DNA of 64,000 nt. It comes from an uncultured Gammaproteobacteria bacterium (GTDB taxonomy: Bacteria; Patescibacteriota; Patescibacteriia; UBA1558; 2-01-FULL-52-15). Position numbers and translations under genes: made by a program. Every line of letters begins with the position of its first letter. Within the stretch, counting starts at the first letter, position 1. The notes beneath the pieces were generated by a model, which saw only the letters and a list, made by a program, of their open reading frames with translations, was not told where the DNA came from and searched no databases. Positions 58,345 to 64,000 of this stretch are shown piece by piece. The DNA lies in contig CAYOCJ010000001.1 of NCBI GenBank assembly GCA_964402565.1, forward strand, positions 288,079 to 352,078, in the 5' to 3' direction.

Positions 58345-58776
58345 ATGTTTCTAGGAGAATACCGACATACCATCGATGATAAAAATAGGCTATCTGTACC
58401 TGCAAAGTTCAGACAATTGTTGATTTCAGGAGCAGTGCTGACCAAAGGATTAGATGATTGTCTTTTTTTGTACCCAAAAGCAGCGTGGGATACCTGGTCC
58501 GAGAAGCTAGCCAAGCTTCCGATCAGCCAGAGCAAGAGCAGGGCATTCCTTCGGATGATGCTCGGCGGTGCAATGGAAGTCGAGTTAGACAAGCAGGGCA
58601 GGGTAGTGGTTCCTGATTATTTGATCGGATATGCAGGATTGAAAAAGCAGGTTGTCATTGCAGGACTGTATGATCGTCTGGAAATCTGGGATCTGGCGAA
58701 ATGGGAGCAATACCAAAAGAGCACTGAAAAGGAAGGTAATCATATTGCTGAAACGATGTTCGAATTGGGAGTATAG
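58345..58776 (+). CDS. mraZ: Division/cell wall cluster regulator MraZ
   Basis: MFLGEYRHTIDDKNRLSVPAKFR, DKQGRVVVP, RLEIWD. Confidence 0.97.
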   Translation: MFLGEYRHTIDDKNRLSVPAKFRQLLISGAVLTKGLDDCLFLYPKAAWDTWSEKLAKLPISQSKSRAFLRMMLGGAMEVELDKQGRVVVPDYLIGYAGLKKQVVIAGLYDRLEIWDLAKWEQYQKSTEKEGNHIAETMFELGV

Positions 58777-58778
58777 CT

Positions 58779-59711
58779 ATGGCAGATTTTCGCCATGTGC
58801 CAGTACTCCTTCACGAAGTAGCTGATCATTTACAACCTACACGCAATAAAAAATACATCGACGGAACGCTCGGTGGAGGCGGTCATGCCGCAGAATTGCT
58901 GAAACGAACTGCTCCGCACGGTATGGTACTCGGTTTCGAGCTTGATCGGCGTGCACGCGAAGCTGCTGAAGTGCATTGTGCTGAGTATGGATCCAGGCTT
59001 GTCATACTCGCACAGAGTTACAGCGAGCTGTCTGAGGCTCTTGAACACCATGCAGACTTCAAGAGTGCAGACGGCTTTCTTCTCGACCTTGGGCTTTCGT
59101 CGCCGCAGCTGGATACCAGTAATCAGGGTTTTTCCTTCAACGATACGGAGGGTCTCGATATGCGATTCGATGATTCGAATGGCGAAAGCGCTCACGATCT
59201 GATCATGCGATCTTCTGAAGCTGAACTGCGAGATCTGCTGAGAACCTATGGAGAGGTGCGCGATAGCGGACGGATCGCACGAGCTATTGTAAGGCTCCGC
59301 GAGGCTGAACCGCTGACCGTTCCAAATCTTGTGGCTACGATCGTCGCAGAAACACCGCGATCGAAGCCCGGCATGCATCCGGCAACCTTGGTCTTCCAGG
59401 CATTGCGGATCGCCGTGAATCATGAATTGGAGAATATCGCTGCGGTGTTGCCGCAGGCGGTAGCCGCTGTCAGAAGCAAAGGGCGTATAGCTATTATCAG
59501 TTATCACTCGCTCGAAGACCGCATCGTAAAAGAATTCTTCAAACGCGAGTCCCGTGATTGTCTCTGTCCACCGAATATACCTGTATGCCGCTGCGGGCAC
59601 AAAGCGTCGATCCGTCGCATTACGAAAAAACCGATAATTCCCAGCGCATCGGAGATCAAGATGAACCACCGCAGCAGAAGTGCGAAATTGCGTGTCGTAG
59701 AAAAACTGTAG
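58779..59711 (+). CDS. rsmH: 16S rRNA m4C1402 methyltransferase
   Basis: HVPVLL, DGTLGGGGH, LDLGLSSPQLD, FQALRIAVN, HSLEDRIVK. Confidence 0.98.
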   Translation: MADFRHVPVLLHEVADHLQPTRNKKYIDGTLGGGGHAAELLKRTAPHGMVLGFELDRRAREAAEVHCAEYGSRLVILAQSYSELSEALEHHADFKSADGFLLDLGLSSPQLDTSNQGFSFNDTEGLDMRFDDSNGESAHDLIMRSSEAELRDLLRTYGEVRDSGRIARAIVRLREAEPLTVPNLVATIVAETPRSKPGMHPATLVFQALRIAVNHELENIAAVLPQAVAAVRSKGRIAIISYHSLEDRIVKEFFKRESRDCLCPPNIPVCRCGHKASIRRITKKPIIPSASEIKMNHRSRSAKLRVVEKL

Positions 59712-59747
59712 CTTTTGCAAGATAATATCAAAATCAAAAACAAAAAT

Positions 59748-60062
59748 ATGAGGATAGGAATCAAAAAAAACATACACAAAGGAATCCTGAAAAGAACCAA
59801 TACGCTGCTCGTTGCAGTGGTTGTCGTATCATATCTCGTGCATCTTGCGCTTGCCAATCATGACGCTATGCAGCGGTATGAGCTTTCACAGTTCAGGAAT
59901 ACCGAGCAGGAATTGATCCAGGAGAAGCAGAATCTATCAGTGAAAGTTGCAGAAATGCAGTCGCTCGACCGGCTGGCCAGTGAAAGCGCGCGATTGCAGC
60001 TCGTGAAAGCACCGTCTGCTCGATACATTTCTGTACCTGGATCAGTTGCTCTGAACAAATAA
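59748..60062 (+). CDS. FtsL-like protein
   Basis: Basic N-terminus, TM helix, coiled coil; between rsmH and the PBP gene. Confidence 0.7.
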   Translation: MRIGIKKNIHKGILKRTNTLLVAVVVVSYLVHLALANHDAMQRYELSQFRNTEQELIQEKQNLSVKVAEMQSLDRLASESARLQLVKAPSARYISVPGSVALNK

Positions 60063-60074
60063 TGTACTCACTCG

Positions 60075-61811
60075 ATGGGGCCCCGATCGCATAGACAGCT
60101 ACCAGCTTTTGCTGAGCGACGTTTATTCCTCGTCGCCTTCCTCATCGTACTCGCGTTTGGCGCTATTATCGCCAAACTTTTTTATGTGCAGGTCATACAG
60201 CATGATTATTACCAGCAGCTTGCCGATGGCCAGCAAAAACGAACGCATGACTATACTGCAGAACGCGGGGAGATCTATGCCAGGGATGGCGCAGGAAATT
60301 CCGCGGATTCATTGTACCCGCTTGCGGTCAATAAGGTCTTTTATTCAGTTGCTATAGACCCGAGCAAGATCACGAGGCCGGTCAATACGGCTGAGGCTTT
60401 GGTAAAGGTGCTGAACGTTGATTATCAGAATGTCCTAACCAGGTCTCAGAAGAAGAATGATACCTATGAACCGATCGTCTCGCGCGCCACTGAGGAGCAA
60501 AAGCAGGAATTGGAGAAAACAGGCCTTCCGGGCATGCAGTTCAAGAAAGAGATATGGCGCTACTACCCGGATAAAACGATCGGCAGCCACATTCTGGGTT
60601 TTTATGGGGATGACGGCACCACCAAGAAAGGCAAATACGGGCTTGAAGGCTTCTGGGATTCGACGCTGGCAGGTGTGAGCAGAGAAGCCACGGTCGTGCG
60701 CGATGCCATAGGCAGTTTACTGCCTACAGCAAATGGCGCTACGGTCGGAGCAACAGACGGTGCGGATTTGGTCCTGACCATAGATAGGAACATACAATTT
60801 GAGATCTGCAGCGTATTACAGAAAGGCATCGAGAAGTATGCGGCCGATGATGGTACGGTCATCATTATGGAATCAAAGACTGGGAAGATCCTCGGCCTGT
60901 GTAATTATCCGACCTTTGATCCGAATCAATACCAGGATGTGTCTTCCATTGATGCATTTAATGACAATGCAGTGTATGAAGCATATGAACCTGGTTCAGT
61001 GTTCAAGCCGATATCCATGGCGATCGCTATTGATCAGGGCAAGGTAACGCCAACGACAGTCTACGAGGATAAGGGTGAGATCATCATCGATAATCATCCT
61101 ATTCATGATTTTGATAAAGTCGCTCACGGCACGAAGACAATGACCGAGGTGTTGCAGGACTCCCTCAACTTGGGTGTTATCTTTGCTACAGAAAATGTAG
61201 CCAATCCTGTGTACTATGACTACGTGAAAAAATTTGGTTTTGGAGAAAAGACCGGGGTTGAGCTTAGCCAGGAAGTTGCCGGCAGTCTTGGCAAGCTGAG
61301 CGCAGGAAAAGATATTTATAAAGCGACCACCTCATTCGGACAAGGCCTGACGGTAACTCCGTTGCAGATGATTGCAGCTATCAACGTATTAGCGAATAAC
61401 GGCGCTCTGGTGAAACCCTATATCGTAGATGAAGTACGATATCCGGACGGTGATAAGAAGGTCACTGAACCTCAAATGATACGGCAGGTGATCCGCAAAG
61501 AAACAGCACAGACGCTTGCCGCGATGCTCGTTCGCGTCGCAGATGAGGGGTATGACCATAAAGCATCGGTACCAGGCTATTACCTTGCCGGAAAAACCGG
61601 CACAGCTCAGATTGCCGAAAATGGAGTCTACGGGACCAAGACGAATCATACGTTCGTCGGTTTCGGACCTGCGACAGATTCAAAATTCACCGTTCTGATC
61701 AAAATGCACAATGTGAAAAATGTAGGTTTCGCCTCGGACAGTACGACGACATTGTTCAATCAGATCGCCCAGTTCTTATTACAGTATTACAAAATCCCGC
61801 CGACTCGCTAG
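60075..61811 (+). CDS. ftsI: Class B penicillin-binding protein (FtsI-like)
   Basis: RGEIYARDG, EPGSVFK (SxxK), SLN (SxN), GKTGTAQ (KTG). Confidence 0.9.
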   Translation: MGPRSHRQLPAFAERRLFLVAFLIVLAFGAIIAKLFYVQVIQHDYYQQLADGQQKRTHDYTAERGEIYARDGAGNSADSLYPLAVNKVFYSVAIDPSKITRPVNTAEALVKVLNVDYQNVLTRSQKKNDTYEPIVSRATEEQKQELEKTGLPGMQFKKEIWRYYPDKTIGSHILGFYGDDGTTKKGKYGLEGFWDSTLAGVSREATVVRDAIGSLLPTANGATVGATDGADLVLTIDRNIQFEICSVLQKGIEKYAADDGTVIIMESKTGKILGLCNYPTFDPNQYQDVSSIDAFNDNAVYEAYEPGSVFKPISMAIAIDQGKVTPTTVYEDKGEIIIDNHPIHDFDKVAHGTKTMTEVLQDSLNLGVIFATENVANPVYYDYVKKFGFGEKTGVELSQEVAGSLGKLSAGKDIYKATTSFGQGLTVTPLQMIAAINVLANNGALVKPYIVDEVRYPDGDKKVTEPQMIRQVIRKETAQTLAAMLVRVADEGYDHKASVPGYYLAGKTGTAQIAENGVYGTKTNHTFVGFGPATDSKFTVLIKMHNVKNVGFASDSTTTLFNQIAQFLLQYYKIPPTR

Positions 61812-61859
61812 CCGTTGACCGATAGCAAGCGGTATAGTAAAGTGCTCGGTTGTAACTGA

Positions 61860-61934
61860 GGCCCTATCGTCTAACGGTTAGGACACTGCGTTCTCAACGC
61901 AGGAATCGGGGTTCGATTCCCCGTGGGGCTACCA
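61860..61934 (+). tRNA. tRNA-Glu (anticodon CTC)
   Basis: Cloverleaf: acceptor GGCCCTA/TGGGGCT, anticodon arm CTGCG-TTCTCAA-CGCAG, T loop GTTCGATT, encoded CCA. Confidence 0.96.
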
Positions 61935-62106
61935 AAGCAGCGTCTTAAGTAAATAATCATTTAGCTTTTGATGTATTGAGGTCGGGGATGGAATCGAAGG
62001 GGCAGCAGCGATCCGCCCTGGGCGGAGAGCGCCGACTGAAGCGAGGAATACGTAGCTTCAGGCGCTGCCCAGGGCAACGAAGCGGCTTGCAAGCCGCGAG
62101 GCGATA

Positions 62107-62125
62107 ATTCCCCGTGGGGCTACCA
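62107..62125 (+). repeat. 19-bp direct repeat of the tRNA-Glu 3' end
   Basis: ATTCCCCGTGGGGCTACCA is identical to 61916-61934. Confidence 0.92.
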
Positions 62126-62314
62126 CTCGACTCGCCTTTTGTTATCACTCAAGGATCACTCGTCGTTTCGACGCTTTGCAGGGTCTCAACGGTGGTGTAG
62201 AAAGGCGAGGCGAGTGCCCTGAGCGACGAACGCAGTGAGGAGTCGAATGGGCATGCATACTCTCCGGAGTTTATTTTTTGTTCAAATTGTGTTCTATGTT
62301 ATACTTTTGAGGTT

Positions 62315-62998
62315 ATGTCTGTATCAAACCTTCCAAAACATGTTGGTATTATCATGGATGGCAACCGCCGCTGGGCAAAGTCGCGGGGCTTGCCTACGCT
62401 TGCCGGCCATCAGCGCGGTTACGAAACCGCACTGAAGATCATTGAACATGCCTTTGATTCCGGCATTTTGTGCGTAACCTTATTTGCTTTTTCAACCGAG
62501 AACTGGAATCGATCCAAGGCTGAAATTTCATATTTAATGAAATTGGTGCTGAAAATGATCATGAAGCAAGCCGAAGTTCTCCATAAGCGTGGAATTCGGC
62601 TCGTTATCATCGGTTCTCACGAGCGGGTGCCGAAGAATGTGCTTCATGCGATCGCCGAAGCAGAGCGGCTGACGAGAAATAATATGAAGGGCACCTTGCA
62701 AATAGCGTTTAACTATGGCGGCAGGAATGAGATCACTGATGCGATACGATCCATAGTGCGTGACAAGATGCCCATTTCTGAAGAAACTATCTCATCGCGG
62801 TTATATACTGCCGGAACCCCTGACCCTGACCTTATTATCCGCACGTCGGGCGAGCAGCGTTTATCAGGTTTTCTTCTTTGGCAATCAGCTTATAGCGAGC
62901 TATACTTTACTAAGGTCAATTGGCCTAGCTTTACTGCGAAGCATTTCGATGAAGCTATAGAGGAGTATGGAAAAAGGAAGAGACGCTTCGGCAAATAA
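62315..62998 (+). CDS. uppS: Undecaprenyl diphosphate synthase
   Basis: HVGIIMDGNRRWA, FSTENWNR, NYGGR, IRTSGEQRLSGFLLWQ. Confidence 0.97.
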   Translation: MSVSNLPKHVGIIMDGNRRWAKSRGLPTLAGHQRGYETALKIIEHAFDSGILCVTLFAFSTENWNRSKAEISYLMKLVLKMIMKQAEVLHKRGIRLVIIGSHERVPKNVLHAIAEAERLTRNNMKGTLQIAFNYGGRNEITDAIRSIVRDKMPISEETISSRLYTAGTPDPDLIIRTSGEQRLSGFLLWQSAYSELYFTKVNWPSFTAKHFDEAIEEYGKRKRRFGK

Positions 62999-63029
62999 GT
63001 TCAATAAGTATAGATTAGTGTAGAATATC

Positions 63030-63353
63030 ATGACTCAAGATCGGTGGAATGATATCAGGCAAAAGATAAAGGAAAGTTTTAAAGTACTTGAGGAGTATTC
63101 AGAAGATCTGGAGCCAGGTACTGCTGAATGCATAGAGTTTGAAAAGCCCTATGACAAAGGAATTTTACGGGTCGCTTTTTGTACACAGCCTAAAGTACTC
63201 GATAAGAAAACCTTATATTCCCACCGTGCAGGCGGAGATGTACGCGTAGACTATACATATTCTGACAAGGACGAGGTTTCATACATGGTTATCGAACAAT
63301 GGGACGAAGTAAAAAAAGATTGGCTGCCATTTGACGCGAAAGCGATCTTTTGA
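63030..63353 (+). CDS. Hypothetical protein
   Basis: 107 aa ORF in the sense direction of its neighbours. Confidence 0.7.
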   Translation: MTQDRWNDIRQKIKESFKVLEEYSEDLEPGTAECIEFEKPYDKGILRVAFCTQPKVLDKKTLYSHRAGGDVRVDYTYSDKDEVSYMVIEQWDEVKKDWLPFDAKAIF

Positions 63354-63402
63354 TGTAGCTAGCGAGCTGTGCTATACTGTAGCTAGCTTTGCTTACGCTA
63401 TA

Positions 63403-63903
63403 ATGATGACTTTTGACTCAGCATCTCCATTCCGCAAATACCCGTGGCTCTACGGATTAGTGGCGGTACTTTCGATAGGTATAGTCTTTTTGCTTTTGAT
63501 CGGCGCATGGTATGCATGGCGCCACCACGCTGAAACGGTCAATTCTCCCGAAGGCAGGCCGACGGTTAATTACCAACAGGATGCTGATCGAATGACGATA
63601 TTGAATATCTTGAATACATTCCATAAGGATGAGCTTGCAGTGCCGCAAAAGGACCCCGTAAAGAAAAAACAAGCAGCACATCGCGAACATGTGGAGGGCG
63701 TGATCGGAAAACTTGAAGCAGCAAAGGTAAATAATGAAGAGAAGGATGCTCAGGGCGAACTGCTTTCAGTGTTCAAGCGCTGGGATGATACGCTGCAGCA
63801 TGCATCCAGCACCGCTTCTCTGAAACCCGACTTCGTTGATATAGCTGCGAAGTATCAATGGCTGAACGCGCTCGTTTGGATCATCATTTTAAACAGGCTG
63901 TAG
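63403..63903 (+). CDS. Hypothetical membrane-anchored protein
   Basis: N-terminal TM; start approximate (MMTFDS). Confidence 0.6.
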   Translation: MMTFDSASPFRKYPWLYGLVAVLSIGIVFLLLIGAWYAWRHHAETVNSPEGRPTVNYQQDADRMTILNILNTFHKDELAVPQKDPVKKKQAAHREHVEGVIGKLEAAKVNNEEKDAQGELLSVFKRWDDTLQHASSTASLKPDFVDIAAKYQWLNALVWIIILNRL

Positions 63904-63920
63904 CGGATCACGGTTAATCT

Positions 63921-63998
63921 ATGCGGTATATTTTTCCGTATGTCTTTGCCTTAGTATACTGGCTTCTTTTTTTTACCTCAGCGGCAAATCCGCAGCTC
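63921..63998 (+). CDS. Partial hydrophobic ORF at the window edge
   Basis: MRYIFPYVFALVYWLLFFTSAANPQL, open to the end of the window. Confidence 0.4.
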   Translation, partial: MRYIFPYVFALVYWLLFFTSAANPQL

Positions 63999-64000
63999 GT

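Noticed and set aside
58830-59777. 315-aa minus-strand ORF
   Set aside because: Antisense to rsmH.

Overview
64 kb of a bacterial chromosome. Gene content and style point to a Patescibacteria (CPR, Parcubacteria-like) genome (inference, not a phylogenetic placement). The backbone is housekeeping: a UvrD-nuclease fusion, pheST, gyrB, secE-nusG-rplK-rplA, a six-gene dTTP pathway cluster with ThyX, gatB, miaA, thrS with a T-box, dnaE, rodA, rplY, prmC-prfA-rpmE, rpsB-tsf, gap, cysS, rplJ-rplL, mraZ-rsmH-ftsL-ftsI, tRNA-Glu(CTC), uppS and two pilin-like genes. The most striking pattern is a two-tier expression grammar. Housekeeping genes lack Shine-Dalgarno sites and many look leaderless. About ten scattered 1-2 gene accessory units instead share one layout: TTGAC(A/G)-17 nt-(-10) promoter, sometimes a small hairpin, a boxA-like 12-mer, a strong Shine-Dalgarno, the ORF(s), then an intrinsic terminator. 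Their cargo includes an HTH + GHKL ATPase pair (the ATPase is missing from the ORF track), an M16 peptidase + Cas4/AddB-like nuclease pair, a Cys-rich protein + HAD pair and YgiB/YgiC. Also seen: a T-box with an apparently ultrashort stem I, a tRNA 3'-end duplication around a small structured element, several palindromic repeat families and two unexplained structured RNA candidates. All calls come from reading motifs by eye; no searches were run.
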